Of a DNA stretch of 64,000 nucleotides, positions 8,736-20,080 are shown in pieces; within the stretch, counting starts at the first letter, position 1, and each line of letters begins with the position of its first letter. The notes under the pieces were generated by a model. The model did no database searches, was not told where the DNA came from, and worked only from the letters and a program-made list of their open reading frames with translations. The position numbers and the translations under genes were made by a program. Source of the DNA: an uncultured Burkholderiales bacterium (lineage in GTDB: Bacteria; Pseudomonadota; Gammaproteobacteria; Burkholderiales; Burkholderiaceae_C); assembly GCA_903905475.1 (NCBI GenBank), contig CAIVGK010000009.1, forward strand, positions 538 to 64,537, in the 5' to 3' direction.

Positions 8736-10820
8736 TCAAGGGAGCGCCACCGCCGCCTCTGCAGCGCCTTCGGCTGGCGCGTCCTGCAAGTCGATGGCCA
8801 GCGTGAGCGGCCCTGCCGCATCGGCACCGTCGTCGGCCGCTTCATCGGGCTCCACGGCGTCATCGGCTTCGCTGGTGGGGTCGTCGATGCGGGCCAGCAC
8901 GCTGGCGTGCAGATCGAGCGTGAGCAGGTCGCTGCCGGTCAGGCGCACGCGCACCCGGGCACCGCGCGGCAGGGCCTCGGCACCAAGCGCGCGAAACACC
9001 AGCGGCAGCGTGTCGGCGCGCACCAGACCGTCTTTCATCACCGCAGCTTCGAGCTCGGCGACGCCTTCTTGGGCCAGATGCTTGAGCGTCCAGTAGCGCT
9101 CGATCGCCGACTGGAAGGCGTTGTAGGCGCTGTAGGCGGCCTCGAAGCCCGAGATGATCGCGAACAGCGCGGTGTCCTTGGGCTTGAACGGCGCGGCCAG
9201 TGCGGCGGTGCGCCCGTGCCGCACGCAGGCAATGATCTGCCACTGGTTGACCAGATCGACGTAGCGCCGCAGCGGCGAGGTGGCCCAGGTGTATTGCGCG
9301 ACGCCCATGCCAGCGTGCGGTGCCGGCCGGGTGCCCATGCGCACCTTGACGCCGGGCGCCATGCTGGCCTGGCTGCGGTAGATGCCCGGCACGCCGTTGT
9401 TGGCGATCCAGCCGCCCCAGGTGCTGTTCGCCAGGATCATGGCCTCGGCCACGATCAGGTCGAGCGACGAGCCGCGAGCCCGCGTGCTGATGAGCACGCG
9501 CTCATCGCCGCGCGGTGCATCGGCCGGCTCGGCGTCATCTGCGGCCTCGAGGCGGAAGTTGTAGTCGGGACGGTTGAAGTTTTCGGGCTTGCCGCGCAAC
9601 ACCTCTCGAGCGGCCTTCAGGTGCCGCGCGAGCCGGTAGGCAAAGGCCAGCTCGGGGGCGAAGTCGTAGTCGGCCGGCTGCTCGCCGGTCAGCGTGGCTT
9701 CGGTGATCACGCCGTCGAGCTGGTCGTGCCGCAAGTTGGCGGCGATCGGCACCCGGTCGAGCCGGGTCTCGCTGGCGGTGACTTCCAGCGTGGCTTCGTC
9801 CATCGTCACGTACAGCGACACGGCCGGGCATTCGCGTCCGGCCATCAGCGTGTAGACCTGCACCACGTCGTCGGGCAGCATGGTCAGCTTGTGGCCTGGC
9901 ATGTAGACGGTGGAAAAACGGTCGCGCGCCAGCTTGTCGACCGCACTGTCGGGTGAGATGGCCAGCGCCGGTGCGGCGATGTGCACGCCAAACACCACGG
10001 TGCCGCTGCCCAGGCCTTGCACCGACAACGCATCGTCGATCTCGGTGGTCTGCGAATCGTCGATCGAAAAGGCCCGCACCGAGGCCAGTTCGAGCGACTC
10101 CCTGATCGCGGGTGCTTCGAGTGGCGGGAAGCTGGTGCCCTTGGGAAAGTGCTCGAACAAGAAGCGCTTCCAGTGGAACTGGTACGGCGAATCGATGGCG
10201 CCGGCGCCGGTCAGCAAGTCGAGCGGTGCCTTTTGCGAGCGCCGGGCCGCTTCGACCACGGCCTTGTACTCAGGGCCGTTCTTGTCGGGCTTGAACAAGA
10301 TCTTGTACAGCTGCTCGCGCACCGGCGCCGGGCACACGCCCGCGGCGAGCTCGACCGCCCAGGCTTCGATCTGCGCGACTTGCTGCTTCTTGCGCTCGAT
10401 GCCCAGCAGCGCGGCTTTCACGGTTTCTTCCGGTGCTTTCTTGAAGCTGCCCTTGCCGAGCCGGCGAAAGTAGTGCGGCGCATCGAACAGGCGAAACAGC
10501 GCGGCCGTGTGCTGCACAAGTCCCGCCTTGGCATCGAAGTAGTCGCGGGCCAGATCGGCGAAGCCGAATTCGCCTTCGGGGGCGAATTCCCAGGCCAGAT
10601 CGAGATCGATCTCGCGCGCCAGGGCCTGCGCCTCGGCCACCAGTTCGGCCGGTTGCGGCTTGTCGAACTTGAGCATCACGTTGGTCGACTTGACCTTCAC
10701 GCGCTTGCCGGAATCGAGTTCGACCTGCATCGAACTGTCGGCTTCGGACATCACTCGTCCGGCGTGGAACTTTCCTGCTTCTTCATAGAGGGCGTACATA
10801 GGCGAGGAATTGTCGTCCAT
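8736..10820 (-). CDS. RNB-domain 3'-5' exoribonuclease (VacB/RNase II family)
   Basis: The RNB catalytic motif IDDSQTTEIDDALSV is present and RYVDLVNQWQ lies near the C-terminus. Start is ATG 10820 or 10799. The upstream part of ORF 8736..11369 overlaps the yqaA-like gene in another frame and is rejected. Confidence 0.85.
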   Translation of the reverse strand: MDDNSSPMYALYEEAGKFHAGRVMSEADSSMQVELDSGKRVKVKSTNVMLKFDKPQPAELVAEAQALAREIDLDLAWEFAPEGEFGFADLARDYFDAKAGLVQHTAALFRLFDAPHYFRRLGKGSFKKAPEETVKAALLGIERKKQQVAQIEAWAVELAAGVCPAPVREQLYKILFKPDKNGPEYKAVVEAARRSQKAPLDLLTGAGAIDSPYQFHWKRFLFEHFPKGTSFPPLEAPAIRESLELASVRAFSIDDSQTTEIDDALSVQGLGSGTVVFGVHIAAPALAISPDSAVDKLARDRFSTVYMPGHKLTMLPDDVVQVYTLMAGRECPAVSLYVTMDEATLEVTASETRLDRVPIAANLRHDQLDGVITEATLTGEQPADYDFAPELAFAYRLARHLKAAREVLRGKPENFNRPDYNFRLEAADDAEPADAPRGDERVLISTRARGSSLDLIVAEAMILANSTWGGWIANNGVPGIYRSQASMAPGVKVRMGTRPAPHAGMGVAQYTWATSPLRRYVDLVNQWQIIACVRHGRTAALAAPFKPKDTALFAIISGFEAAYSAYNAFQSAIERYWTLKHLAQEGVAELEAAVMKDGLVRADTLPLVFRALGAEALPRGARVRVRLTGSDLLTLDLHASVLARIDDPTSEADDAVEPDEAADDGADAAGPLTLAIDLQDAPAEGAAEAAVALP

Positions 10821-10855
10821 GCCCCAGCCGCGGCCGGCTGGCGGGGCCTTTGGCG

Positions 10856-11398
10856 TCAGGGCGAGGCGAGGCCGGGAAAGACCCACAGCAGCGCCGCGGT
10901 CATCGTCACGTAGCGGGCGAACTTGCCGATCGCCATGTAGACCACGCACGGCCAGAACGGCAGCTTGAGCCATCCCGCCACCGAGCACAGCGGGTCGCCC
11001 ACGACGGGCAGCCAAGCGAGCAGGCAGGCCTTCGCCCCGTAGCGCTCCAGCCAACGCATGGCTTTGCGGTGCGCGCTCGTGGGGTCCGGTGTCTTCGCGC
11101 CCGCACCGCCAGATTGCGCCTCGCGTTTGGCGTGAAGCTTGCGCACGGCGTTGCCTGCGCCCAGCCCCATCCACCAGCTGACCATGCCGCCCAGCGTGTT
11201 GCCCACGGTGGCCACCAGCACGGCCGGCCAAAACAGATGCGGGTTCAGCTTGACCAGGCCGAACACCGCCGGCTCGGAGCCCAGCGGCAGCAGCGTGGCC
11301 GAGATGAAAGACACCACGAACAAGGTGCTCAGGCCGACTTCCGGCAAGGCCAGAGTGACCACCAACCACGCCAGCAACGGCTGCATCCAGGCTTCCAT
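10856..11398 (-). CDS. YqaA/DedA-family inner-membrane protein
   Basis: Contains MEAWMQPLLAWLVVTLALPEVGLSTLFVVSFISATLLPLGSEP and LAWLPVVGDPLCSVAGWL. Start is ATG 11398. Confidence 0.8.
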   Translation of the reverse strand: MEAWMQPLLAWLVVTLALPEVGLSTLFVVSFISATLLPLGSEPAVFGLVKLNPHLFWPAVLVATVGNTLGGMVSWWMGLGAGNAVRKLHAKREAQSGGAGAKTPDPTSAHRKAMRWLERYGAKACLLAWLPVVGDPLCSVAGWLKLPFWPCVVYMAIGKFARYVTMTAALLWVFPGLASP

Positions 11399-11494
11399 CT
11401 CAGGGATTATCGGGATGCCGACCAGCGCTCCGTCGGGGCGGAACCCGACGCTATACTCTGCCTCCTTTTTAAGCAGATACGGCCCCTCCACCCC

Positions 11495-12595
11495 ATGAAC
11501 ATCGGCCACATCTCGCTGACAAACAACCTGTTTGTCGCGCCGATGGCAGGGGTCACCGACCGGCCGTTCCGCCAGTGGTGCAAGCGCCTGGGGGCCGGCT
11601 ACGCAGTCAGCGAGATGGTCACTTCGCGCCGCGAACTGTGGACCAGCCTGAAGACCAGCCGCCGCGCCAACCACGACGGCGAGGTCGAGCCCATCTCGGT
11701 GCAGATCGCCGGCACCGACCCGCTGATGATGGCCGAGGCTGCGGCCTACAACATCGATCGCGGCGCGCAGATCATCGACATCAACATGGGCTGCCCGGCC
11801 AAGAAAGTGTGCAACGTGTGGGCCGGCTCGGCGCTGATGCAAAACGAGCCGCTGGCGCTGGCCATCATCAGCGCCGTGGTGGCCGCGTGCGAGCCGCACC
11901 GCGTGCCGGTGACTTTGAAGATGCGAACCGGCTGGTGCCACGACGAGCGCAACGCGCTGGTGCTGGCGCGTGCGGCCGAGAGCGCCGGCATCGCGATGGT
12001 CACGGTGCACGGTCGCACCCGCGAGCAGGGCTACCGCGGCTTCGCGGAGTACGACACCATCGCTGCGGTCAAGGCCGCGCTGCGCATTCCGGTGGTGGCC
12101 AATGGCGACATCGACAGCCCCGAAAAGGCCCGCGAGGTGCTGCGCTACACCGGTGCCGACGCGCTGATGATCGGCCGCGCGGCGCAGGGTCGGCCGTGGA
12201 TCTTTCGCGAGATCGCGCACTTTCTGGCCACCGGCGAACACCTGCCGGCCACGCCGGTGGCGCAGGCGCGGCAGTGGTTGCTCGAACACCTGCTCGACCA
12301 CTACAGCCTGTACGGCGAGCGCGCCGGCGTGCGCACCGCGCGCAAGCACATCGGCTGGGCGGTGCGCTCGCTGCCGGGCGGCGAAGCGTTTCGCACTGAC
12401 ATGAACCGGCTCGAGACTTGCGAGGATCAGATTCGAGCGGTGGGTGATTTCCTCGGCGAACTGGCCGAACGCCAAGCGCTGTGGCCGGCGATCGCCCCAG
12501 GGTCGGCCCATGAACACGAGGCCAGCACCGCCCCAACGTCCTGCGATGCCCCCATCGCCGCCGCCAACCACGCTTCCATTCGATTGACAGCATGA
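11495..12595 (+). CDS. dusB: tRNA-dihydrouridine synthase B
   Basis: Begins MNIGHISLTNNLFVAPMAGVTDRPFR and contains DINMGCPAKKV. The gene order dusB-fis is classical. Confidence 0.9.
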   Translation: MNIGHISLTNNLFVAPMAGVTDRPFRQWCKRLGAGYAVSEMVTSRRELWTSLKTSRRANHDGEVEPISVQIAGTDPLMMAEAAAYNIDRGAQIIDINMGCPAKKVCNVWAGSALMQNEPLALAIISAVVAACEPHRVPVTLKMRTGWCHDERNALVLARAAESAGIAMVTVHGRTREQGYRGFAEYDTIAAVKAALRIPVVANGDIDSPEKAREVLRYTGADALMIGRAAQGRPWIFREIAHFLATGEHLPATPVAQARQWLLEHLLDHYSLYGERAGVRTARKHIGWAVRSLPGGEAFRTDMNRLETCEDQIRAVGDFLGELAERQALWPAIAPGSAHEHEASTAPTSCDAPIAAANHASIRLTA

Positions 12596-12831
12596 GCACC
12601 AAGCGACAAATAGAAGACTGCGTCCGCGACCGCCTGGAGGACTACTTCACCGACCTGGACGGCATCGAGCCGGCGGCGATGTACGACATGATCCTCAAGG
12701 TGGTCGAGCGCCCGCTGCTCGACGTGGTGATGAAGCACGCCGATCAAAACCAGAGCCGCGCCGCCGAATGGCTGGGCATCAACCGCAACACGCTGCGCCG
12801 CAAGCTCCTCGAGCACAAGCTGCTCGACTGA
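12592..12831 (+). CDS. fis: Fis-family DNA-binding protein
   Basis: The 79-aa product has the C-terminal HTH QSRAAEWLGINRNTLRRKL. It overlaps the dusB stop by 4 nt. Confidence 0.9.
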   Translation: MSTKRQIEDCVRDRLEDYFTDLDGIEPAAMYDMILKVVERPLLDVVMKHADQNQSRAAEWLGINRNTLRRKLLEHKLLD

Positions 12832-12834
12832 ACC

Positions 12835-12878
12835 GGCGTCAGACCCAGGCGGCCGCGCTGCCTTCGCCTGACGCCTTT
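12835..12878 (+). terminator. Candidate intrinsic terminator after fis
   Basis: The stem ggcgtc/gacgcc with inner stem aggcg/cgcct is followed by ttt. The U-tract is short. Confidence 0.4.
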
Positions 12879-12912
12879 GAACGTCTTTCTCGATCACTCT
12901 TCAGGATCTTCC

Positions 12913-14517
12913 ATGCACGCGCTTATTTCCGTATCCGACAAGACCGGCGTCCTTGAATTGGCACGCGGCCTGGCCGCGCTGGGCGTCCAACTGCTGTCGA
13001 CCGGCGGCACCGCCAAGCTGCTCGCCGAGGGCGGCCTGGCCGTCACCGAGGTGGCCGACCACACCGGATTCCCCGAGATGCTCGATGGCCGCGTGAAGAC
13101 GCTGCACCCGAAGATCCACGGCGGCTTGCTGGCACGGCGCGACCTGCCCGAGCACCGCGCTGCGCTCACCGAGCACGGCATCGACACCATCGACTTGCTG
13201 GTGGTCAACCTGTACCCGTTCGAGGCCACGGTGGCCAAGCCCGGCTGCACGCTCGAAGACGCGATCGAGAACATCGACATCGGCGGCCCGGCGATGGTGC
13301 GTTCGGCGGCCAAGAACTGGGAGCATGTGGCGGTGCTGACCGACGCGGCGCAATACGCCGGCGTGCTCGCCGAGCTGCAAGCCCATGGCGCGGTGCAGCG
13401 CTGCACGCGCTTTGCGCTGGCGGTGGCTGCCTTCAACCGCATCTCGAACTACGACGCGGCGATCAGCGACCACCTGTCGTCGTTGACGCTGGCCGTGGCA
13501 GGCGAGCCCACGCGCAGCGAGTACCCGGCGCAAAGCAACGGCCGTTTCGTCAAGCTGCAAGACCTGCGCTACGGCGAGAACCCGCACCAGAGCGCCGCGT
13601 TCTACCGCGATTTGAACCCGGCGCCCGGCTCGCTGGTCACCGCCGTGCAGCTGCAGGGCAAGGAGCTGTCGTACAACAACATCGCCGATGCCGATGCCGC
13701 CTGGGAATGCGTCAAGTCGTTCGGCCCGGCCGACGCAGCCGCGGCGTGCGTGATCGTCAAGCACGCCAACCCGTGTGGCGTGGCGCTGGCGGCGAGTGCT
13801 GCCGAGGCGTACGCGCAAGCCTTCAAGACCGACCCGACCTCGGCGTTCGGCGGGATCATCGCCTTCAACGTCGAGGTCGATGCCGAAGCCGCCCGGCGCG
13901 TGGCCGCCCAATTCCTCGAAGTGCTGATCGCCCCGTCGTACACCGTCGAGGCGCTGGCCGTCCTGTCGGCCAAGACGGCCACGCGTGTGCTGCGCATCCC
14001 GCTCGACGGCGTCGACCGCGCCGGTGCCACCGCCTGGTCGCGCGGGCGCAACCAGCAAGACATCAAGCGCGTGGGCTCCGGGCTGCTGATCCAGGGCGCC
14101 GACGACCACGAGGTGCTGCGCAGCGAGCTGAAGGTGGTGACCCGCTTGCAGCCCACCGAAGCGCAATGGGTCGATCTGCTGTTCGCGTGGAAGGTCGCCA
14201 AGTACGTCAAGAGCAACGCCATCGTGTTTTGCGGCGGTGCCATGACGTTGGGCGTCGGGGCCGGGCAGATGAGCCGCATCGACTCGGCACGCATCGCCAG
14301 CATCAAGGCCGCCAACGCCGGGCTGACGCTGGCCGGCTCGGCGGTGGCGAGCGATGCGTTCTTTCCGTTTCGTGACGGGCTCGACGTGGTGTGCGACGCC
14401 GGGGCGACGTCGGTCATCCACCCCGGCGGATCGGTGCGCGATGGTGAGGTGATCGCCGCTGCCGACGAGCGCGGCATCGCGATGGTGCTCACCGGGGTGA
14501 GGCATTTCCGGCATTGA
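12913..14517 (+). CDS. purH: Bifunctional AICAR transformylase / IMP cyclohydrolase
   Basis: Begins [17 protein letters not shown] and contains GGTAKLL and [11 protein letters not shown]. Start is ATG 12913. Confidence 0.95.
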   Translation: MHALISVSDKTGVLELARGLAALGVQLLSTGGTAKLLAEGGLAVTEVADHTGFPEMLDGRVKTLHPKIHGGLLARRDLPEHRAALTEHGIDTIDLLVVNLYPFEATVAKPGCTLEDAIENIDIGGPAMVRSAAKNWEHVAVLTDAAQYAGVLAELQAHGAVQRCTRFALAVAAFNRISNYDAAISDHLSSLTLAVAGEPTRSEYPAQSNGRFVKLQDLRYGENPHQSAAFYRDLNPAPGSLVTAVQLQGKELSYNNIADADAAWECVKSFGPADAAAACVIVKHANPCGVALAASAAEAYAQAFKTDPTSAFGGIIAFNVEVDAEAARRVAAQFLEVLIAPSYTVEALAVLSAKTATRVLRIPLDGVDRAGATAWSRGRNQQDIKRVGSGLLIQGADDHEVLRSELKVVTRLQPTEAQWVDLLFAWKVAKYVKSNAIVFCGGAMTLGVGAGQMSRIDSARIASIKAANAGLTLAGSAVASDAFFPFRDGLDVVCDAGATSVIHPGGSVRDGEVIAAADERGIAMVLTGVRHFRH

Positions 14518-14539
14518 GCCGGGGCCTCATCACCGACCC

Positions 14540-15088
14540 ATGCGCATCCTGGGCATCGACCCCGGTCTGCGAACCACCGGCTTTGGCGTCATCGAGTCCG
14601 AGGGCGCCCGGCTGGCCTACGTGGCCAGCGGCACCATCAAGACCGACACGGTCGACATCGGGCAGCTGCCCGCACGGCTGAAGATCATCTTCGACGGCGT
14701 GCGCGAGGTGAGCGCACGCTATTCGCCAGACTGTGCCGCGGTCGAGATCGTCTTCGTCAACGTCAACCCGCAGTCGACACTGCTGCTCGGTCAGGCGCGT
14801 GGCGCGGCCATCACCGCTCTGGTCAGCGCCGGGCTGGAAGTGTCCGAGTACACCGCGCTGCAGATGAAAAAAGCCACCGTCGGCCACGGCCACGCCCGCA
14901 AGGAGCAGGTGCAGGAAATGGTCATGCGGCTGCTGGCGCTGCCTGGCCTGCCCGGCAAGGACGCGGCTGACGCGCTCGGGCTGGCGATCTGCCACGCCCA
15001 TGCGGGCGCCTCGTTTGCCGCGATGGCCAAGGGCGCGACGCTGGCACGCCGCTCGCACGCGCAGTTCAAGGGCGGGCGCACCTACTGA
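14540..15088 (+). CDS. ruvC: Holliday junction resolvase RuvC
   Basis: [19 protein letters not shown]... shows typical RuvC length and motifs. Confidence 0.95.
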   Translation: MRILGIDPGLRTTGFGVIESEGARLAYVASGTIKTDTVDIGQLPARLKIIFDGVREVSARYSPDCAAVEIVFVNVNPQSTLLLGQARGAAITALVSAGLEVSEYTALQMKKATVGHGHARKEQVQEMVMRLLALPGLPGKDAADALGLAICHAHAGASFAAMAKGATLARRSHAQFKGGRTY

Positions 15089-15154
15089 CCCTCGCGCTCA
15101 GTGCTGTCGCACGCCACCTACAATTTTTGTCTGAGCGCAACGAAAGCCGAACCG

Positions 15155-16090
15155 ATGAACCCTGAGTCGCCCCCACCCGCCAACGAGCCTTCTGCATCGA
15201 CGGTCGATCTGGCCCATGTGTCGCCACGCGACAAGGCCGAAATCCTGGCGCAGGCACTGCCCTACATCCGCAAGTTCCACGGCAAGACCATCGTGATCAA
15301 GTACGGTGGCAACGCGATGACCGATCCTGCGCTGCAGCAGGACTTTGCCGAGGACGTGGTGCTGCTCAAGCTGGTGGGCATGAACCCGGTGGTGGTGCAC
15401 GGCGGTGGCCCGCAGATCGAGGACGCGCTGGCCAAGATCGGCAAGAAGGGCACCTTCATCCAGGGCATGCGGGTGACCGACGACGAGACGATGGAAGTCG
15501 TCGAATGGGTGCTCGCCGGTCAGGTGCAGCAAGACATCGTCGGCCTGATCAACGTGGCTGGCGGCAAGGCCGTGGGCCTGACCGGGCGCGATGGCGGCCT
15601 GATCCGGGCACGCAAGCTGCGCATGCACGACCTCAACGACCCCACCAAGGAATACGACGTGGGCCAGGTCGGCGAGATCGAGTCGATCGACCCGAGCGTG
15701 GTCAAGGCGTTGCAGGACGACCAGTTCATCCCCGTGATCTCGCCGCTGGGCTTCGGTGCCAACAACGAGAACTACAACATCAACGCCGATGTGGTGGCCG
15801 GCAAGCTCGCCGAGGTGCTCAAGGCCGAAAAGCTGATGATGCTGACCAACATCCCCGGCGTGCTCGACAAGAACGGCCAGTTGCTGACCAACCTCACCGC
15901 GCGTGAGATCGACGACCTGTTCGCCGACGGCACCATCAGCGGCGGCATGCTGCCCAAGATCGCCAGCGCGCTCGATGCGGCCAAGAACGGCGTCAACACG
16001 GTGCACATCATCGACGGCCGTGTGCCGCACGCGATGCTGCTCGAGGTGCTGACCGAGCAGGCCTACGGCACGATGATCCGTTCGCATTGA
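15155..16090 (+). CDS. argB: Acetylglutamate kinase
   Basis: Contains [21 protein letters not shown] and [10 protein letters not shown]. Start taken at ATG 15155; ATG 15101 is possible. Confidence 0.9.
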   Translation: MNPESPPPANEPSASTVDLAHVSPRDKAEILAQALPYIRKFHGKTIVIKYGGNAMTDPALQQDFAEDVVLLKLVGMNPVVVHGGGPQIEDALAKIGKKGTFIQGMRVTDDETMEVVEWVLAGQVQQDIVGLINVAGGKAVGLTGRDGGLIRARKLRMHDLNDPTKEYDVGQVGEIESIDPSVVKALQDDQFIPVISPLGFGANNENYNINADVVAGKLAEVLKAEKLMMLTNIPGVLDKNGQLLTNLTAREIDDLFADGTISGGMLPKIASALDAAKNGVNTVHIIDGRVPHAMLLEVLTEQAYGTMIRSH

Positions 16091-16761
16091 AGCCAGTCGG
16101 GCGTCGGGTCTGGCTGTTCGACCTCGACAACACCCTGCACGACGCCAGCGCGGCGTCGTTCGCGCCGACCAACGTGGCGATGACGCAGTACATCGTCGAC
16201 CACCTGGGCGTGTCGCATGAAGAGGCCGGCTCGCTGCGCCAGCACTACTGGCTGCACTACGGCGCCACGATGCTGGGGCTGGTGCGCCATCACGGCGTGA
16301 AGGCCTCGCACTTCCTCGAGACCACGCACGAGTTGCCGGGACTGGAGTCGCGCCTGCGCACCAGCGCGCACGACCGCGCCGTGCTGCGCCGGCTTCCCGG
16401 GCGCAAGTACATCCTGACCAATGCGCCGCGCAACTACGCGCTTCGGGTGCTCAACGCGCTGCGTCTGGCCGACTGCTTCGATGGCGTGATCAGCGTCGAG
16501 GACATGCGCATGTTCGGCCACCATCGGCCCAAGCCCGACGCGCGCATGTTTCGCCACATGGCTGCGCGATTGAAGGTGCCGCCGCACCGCTGCACGCTGG
16601 TCGAAGACACGCTCGAGCACCAGAAGTCCGCGCGCAGCGTGGGCATGCGCACCGTGTGGATGCAGCGTTACTGGCCGGCTCAAGCAGGCGTCCGTCCCAG
16701 TAAAAAGCCCGCGTATGTGTGTGCCAGAATCAAATCACTGCAGCGTTTGTTGGCGCTGTGA
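16087..16761 (+). CDS. HAD-family pyrimidine 5'-nucleotidase
   Basis: HAD motif I ([13 protein letters not shown]) is present. It overlaps the argB stop. Confidence 0.8.
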   Translation: MKPVGRRVWLFDLDNTLHDASAASFAPTNVAMTQYIVDHLGVSHEEAGSLRQHYWLHYGATMLGLVRHHGVKASHFLETTHELPGLESRLRTSAHDRAVLRRLPGRKYILTNAPRNYALRVLNALRLADCFDGVISVEDMRMFGHHRPKPDARMFRHMAARLKVPPHRCTLVEDTLEHQKSARSVGMRTVWMQRYWPAQAGVRPSKKPAYVCARIKSLQRLLAL

Positions 16762-16820
16762 GCGCCCTCCGACGTCCCATCGGCGGTGACTTTTGAGTCG
16801 ATTTCAGTGGTGCCCACGCG

Positions 16821-17489
16821 ATGACCAGCCGCCCCGAAGACGCCGTCCCTGACAGCGCTCTCAATACGCCCGCCGCAGCCCCCGAATCCAACCCGTCCAG
16901 CGATGCGCGCAAGCGCCCCAAGCCCGGCGAGCGGCGCGTGCAGATCCTGCAAACGCTGGCGACCATGCTCGAGCAGCCCGGCGCGGAGCGCGTCACCACT
17001 GCGGCGCTCGCGGCCCGTCTGGGGGTGAGTGAAGCCGCGCTGTACCGGCACTTCGCCAGCAAGGCGCAAATGTTCGAAGGGCTGCTCGACTTCATCGAAA
17101 CCAGCGTGTTCACGCTGGTCAACCAGATTGCCGAGCGCGAACCGGCCGGCGCGCAGCAAGCGCGTCGCATGGTCAGCGCGCTGCTGCAGTTTGCCGAGAA
17201 GAACCCGGGCATGGTGCGCGTGATGGTGGGCGATGCGCTGGTGTTCGAGCACGACCGGCTCGGCGCGCGCATGGTGCAGTTCTTTGACCGCATCGAGTCG
17301 CAGTTGCGCACCGGCTTGCGCCAAGGCGGCGATGCGGCGGGGTCGCTCAGCGCCTCGGTTGACGCGCAGGTGCAAGCGTCGCTGCTGACCGCGTTTGCGG
17401 TCGGCCGGCTGCAGCGCTACGCGCGCTCTGGATTCAAGCGCCAGCCCACCGAGCAGCTCGAGGCCGCGCTGCGGCTTATCGCCCTGTAA
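16821..17489 (+). CDS. slmA: TetR-family nucleoid occlusion factor SlmA-like
   Basis: Contains RRVQILQTLATMLEQPGAERVTTAALAARLGVSEAALYRHFASKAQMFEGLLDFIE, the SlmA-type HTH region. Confidence 0.75.
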   Translation: MTSRPEDAVPDSALNTPAAAPESNPSSDARKRPKPGERRVQILQTLATMLEQPGAERVTTAALAARLGVSEAALYRHFASKAQMFEGLLDFIETSVFTLVNQIAEREPAGAQQARRMVSALLQFAEKNPGMVRVMVGDALVFEHDRLGARMVQFFDRIESQLRTGLRQGGDAAGSLSASVDAQVQASLLTAFAVGRLQRYARSGFKRQPTEQLEAALRLIAL

Positions 17490-17574
17490 GCGTCGAGGCG
17501 CTCGGGGCGTCGCGCCCCATCCCCGTCGCTACACTGCCGGCCACCCGAGCACTGCGCTGTTGCGCCCCATCTGT

Positions 17575-18453
17575 ATGCCGACCTTCCCAGACCCCTTGCT
17601 GCATCTCGTGGCGCGCGCCGAGTCGCTGTTGTCGCGCCTAGAAGCCGTGTTGCCGCACCCCCTTGCGGCGCCCGACTGGAGCGCTTCGACGGCGTTTCGC
17701 TATCGCCGGCGCAACGGCGCTGCCGCGCTGGAGCCGGTGCGCCACATGGCGCCAATCCGGCTGACCGATCTGGTCGAGGTCGAGGCGCAAAAGGAACGCC
17801 TGCTGCGCAACACCGAGCAGTTCGTGGCGGGCCGTCCGGCCAACAACGTGCTGCTGACCGGCGCACGGGGCACCGGCAAGAGCTCGCTGATCAAGGCGTG
17901 CCTCAATGAATTTGCGCCGCAGGGCCTGCGTCTGATCGAAGTCGACAAGGCCGATCTGGTCGACCTGTCCGATCTGGTCGATCTGGTGGCCGAGCGGCCT
18001 GAGCGATTCGTGGTGTTTTGCGACGACCTGAGCTTCGACGAGGGTGAGCCCGGCTACAAGGCGCTGAAGTCGGTGCTCGATGGTTCGGTGTCGCAGTCGA
18101 GCGACAACGTGCTGATCTACGCCACCAGCAACCGCCGCCACCTGCTGCCCGAGTACATGGCCGAGAACCTGACCTACCAGCACAAGGAAGACGGCGAGGT
18201 GCATCCCGGCGAAGTGGTCGAGGAAAAGATCTCGCTGAGCGAGCGCTTCGGCCTGTGGGTGAGCTTCTACCCGTTCACGCAGGACGAGTACCTGGCGATC
18301 GTGGCGCAGTGGCTGCAGGGCTACGGCATCGGCGAAGCGGCGATTGCCGCGGCGCGCCAGGAAAGCCTGGTCTGGGCGCTCGAGCGCGGCTCGCGTTCGG
18401 GGCGTGTGGCGTTCCAGTTCGCCAAGGACTACAGCGGCAGGAACGCGGCTTGA
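17575..18453 (+). CDS. AAA-type ATPase, DUF815 family
   Basis: Walker A is LLTGARGTGKSS and Walker B is VVFCDDLSF. Start is ATG 17575, inside ORF 17395..18453. Confidence 0.8.
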   Translation: MPTFPDPLLHLVARAESLLSRLEAVLPHPLAAPDWSASTAFRYRRRNGAAALEPVRHMAPIRLTDLVEVEAQKERLLRNTEQFVAGRPANNVLLTGARGTGKSSLIKACLNEFAPQGLRLIEVDKADLVDLSDLVDLVAERPERFVVFCDDLSFDEGEPGYKALKSVLDGSVSQSSDNVLIYATSNRRHLLPEYMAENLTYQHKEDGEVHPGEVVEEKISLSERFGLWVSFYPFTQDEYLAIVAQWLQGYGIGEAAIAAARQESLVWALERGSRSGRVAFQFAKDYSGRNAA

Positions 18454-18881
18454 GCGCCACGCCGCGCACGCCGATCGATGTGGCGGTGGGCGTGCTCATC
18501 GACGCAGACGGCCGCTTCCTGATGACCTCGCGGCCCACCGACAAGGTCTACGCCGATCACTGGGAGTTCCCGGGCGGCAAGCTCGAACCGGGCGAGACCG
18601 TGGCGCAGGCACTGCGCCGCGAGTTGAACGAGGAACTCGGCATCGACATCGGGCAGGCGCATCCGTGGCAGGTGGAGATCGTCGACTACCCGCACGCCTT
18701 GGTTCGGCTGCACTTTTGCAAGGTCTACGAGTGGGTGGGCGAATTCGAGATGCGCGAGGGCCAGGCGATGGCCTGGCAGCAGTTGCCGGTGACGGTGCGA
18801 CCGGTGCTGCCGGGCACGATCCCGGTGCTGCGCTGGTTTGCCGAGGAGCGCCACCATGTGGGCCCCACGCACGCCGATTGA
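18450..18881 (+). CDS. NUDIX hydrolase (MutT-like 8-oxo-dGTP diphosphatase)
   Basis: The Nudix box GGKLEPGETVAQALRRELNEELGI is present. The start is uncertain; TTG 18450 overlapping the upstream stop was chosen. Confidence 0.75.
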   Translation: MSATPRTPIDVAVGVLIDADGRFLMTSRPTDKVYADHWEFPGGKLEPGETVAQALRRELNEELGIDIGQAHPWQVEIVDYPHALVRLHFCKVYEWVGEFEMREGQAMAWQQLPVTVRPVLPGTIPVLRWFAEERHHVGPTHAD

Positions 18882-18923
18882 CCCGGCGCAAGGGCCGCGC
18901 CGTGCCGTTGCTACACTGACCTG

Positions 18924-19313
18924 ATGACCTGGATTGACGATGTGAAGTGGGACGCGCAGGGCCTGGTACCGGTGATTGCGCAAGAGCTCGGCAGCAACGA
19001 TGTGCTGATGTTTGCGTTCATGAACCGCGAGGCGCTGCAGCGAACAGCCGAGCTCGGCGAGGCGGTCTACTGGAGCCGATCGCGCGGTCGCCTGTGGCAC
19101 AAGGGCGAAGAGTCCGGCCACATCCAGAAGGTCCACGAGATGCGCATCGATTGCGACAACGATGTGGTGCTGTTGAAGGTCGAACAGCTCGGGCACGAGC
19201 CTGGCATCGCCTGTCACACCGGGCGCCACTCCTGTTTCTTCCAGCGCCACCAGGACGGTGGCTGGCACGCGGTGGATCCGGTGCTCAAGGACCCGGAGCA
19301 CATCTACCGATGA
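18924..19313 (+). CDS. hisI: Phosphoribosyl-AMP cyclohydrolase
   Basis: Contains [16 protein letters not shown] and [10 protein letters not shown]. Confidence 0.95.
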   Translation: MTWIDDVKWDAQGLVPVIAQELGSNDVLMFAFMNREALQRTAELGEAVYWSRSRGRLWHKGEESGHIQKVHEMRIDCDNDVVLLKVEQLGHEPGIACHTGRHSCFFQRHQDGGWHAVDPVLKDPEHIYR

Positions 19314-19681
19314 ACCCGTCTGAACAACCCTCGCCGCTGTCGCAAGACGTGCTGGCCCGCCTGGCCGAGGTCATCGAAGCACGCAAGGCCGGTGACCCGG
19401 ACAAGAGCTACGTGGCGCGCCTGTTCCACAAGGGCACCGACGCCATCTTGAAAAAGATCGGCGAGGAGGCCACCGAAACCGTGATGGCCGCCAAGGACGG
19501 CGACCCGCAAAAGCTGGTCTACGAAGTGGCAGACCTGTGGTTTCACTCGATGCTGGCGCTCAGCGCCTTCGGTCTGAAGCCGGCTGACGTGCTGGCCGAA
19601 TTGCAACGCCGCGAAGGGCTCTCGGGCCTGGAGGAGTTCGCCGCGCGCAAGCTCAAGGACCGCGAGTCCAGCGGCACATGA
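19310..19681 (+). CDS. hisE: Phosphoribosyl-ATP diphosphatase
   Basis: Contains [24 protein letters not shown] and EVADLWFH. It has an ATGA overlap with hisI. Confidence 0.9.
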   Translation: MNPSEQPSPLSQDVLARLAEVIEARKAGDPDKSYVARLFHKGTDAILKKIGEEATETVMAAKDGDPQKLVYEVADLWFHSMLALSAFGLKPADVLAELQRREGLSGLEEFAARKLKDRESSGT

Positions 19682-20058
19682 ACGGCGCTGCCGACCTGCG
19701 CGAACCGGACGAGTCGCTCAAGACGCTCGGCCACATCAGCTACCTGCTGCACACGGTGGTGGCCGTGGGCGCGGTGCTGCCGGGCGTGCAGGCCAGCGTG
19801 GCATTGCTCATCGTGGCCTTCGTGCTCGATCTGGTGAAAAGGGCCGATGCCGAAGGCACCTGGCAGGAGTCGCACTTTCGCTGGCGGATTCGCACGGTGC
19901 TGTGGGCCGCAGGCCTGTACGTGCTGACGTCTCCGCTGTGGCTGCTGTTGCTTGCTCCGGGCTGGATCGCCTGGGGCTTGGTGTCGATCTGGTTCCTCTA
20001 CCGCGTGGTGCGCGGCTGGCTGAACCTGAACCGCAATCAATCGATGCCACGGCCTTGA
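19678..20058 (+). CDS. Small integral membrane protein (conserved, unknown function)
   Basis: The 126-aa product has 3-4 hydrophobic helices. It overlaps the hisE stop by 4 nt. Confidence 0.6.
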   Translation: MNGAADLREPDESLKTLGHISYLLHTVVAVGAVLPGVQASVALLIVAFVLDLVKRADAEGTWQESHFRWRIRTVLWAAGLYVLTSPLWLLLLAPGWIAWGLVSIWFLYRVVRGWLNLNRNQSMPRP

Positions 20059-20080
20059 ACACTGAACCTTGGGTGCTTTG

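Noticed and set aside
8736-11369. An 877-aa ORF suggesting a much longer N-terminus for the RNB exoribonuclease. Similar 5' extensions occur in ORFs 10850..12595, 22253..23956, 23691..25019, 34456..37401 and 5025..5963.
   Set aside because: The extensions overlap neighbouring real genes or intergenic DNA and translate to low-complexity Arg/Gly/Ala sequence. Conserved N-termini begin at internal start codons (for example [32 protein letters not shown]).
17953-17988. Direct repeat gatctggtcga...gatctggtcga within 36 nt.
   Set aside because: It lies in-frame inside the DUF815 ATPase gene and simply encodes DLVDLSDLVDLV. It is a short coding repeat, not a regulatory or mobile element.
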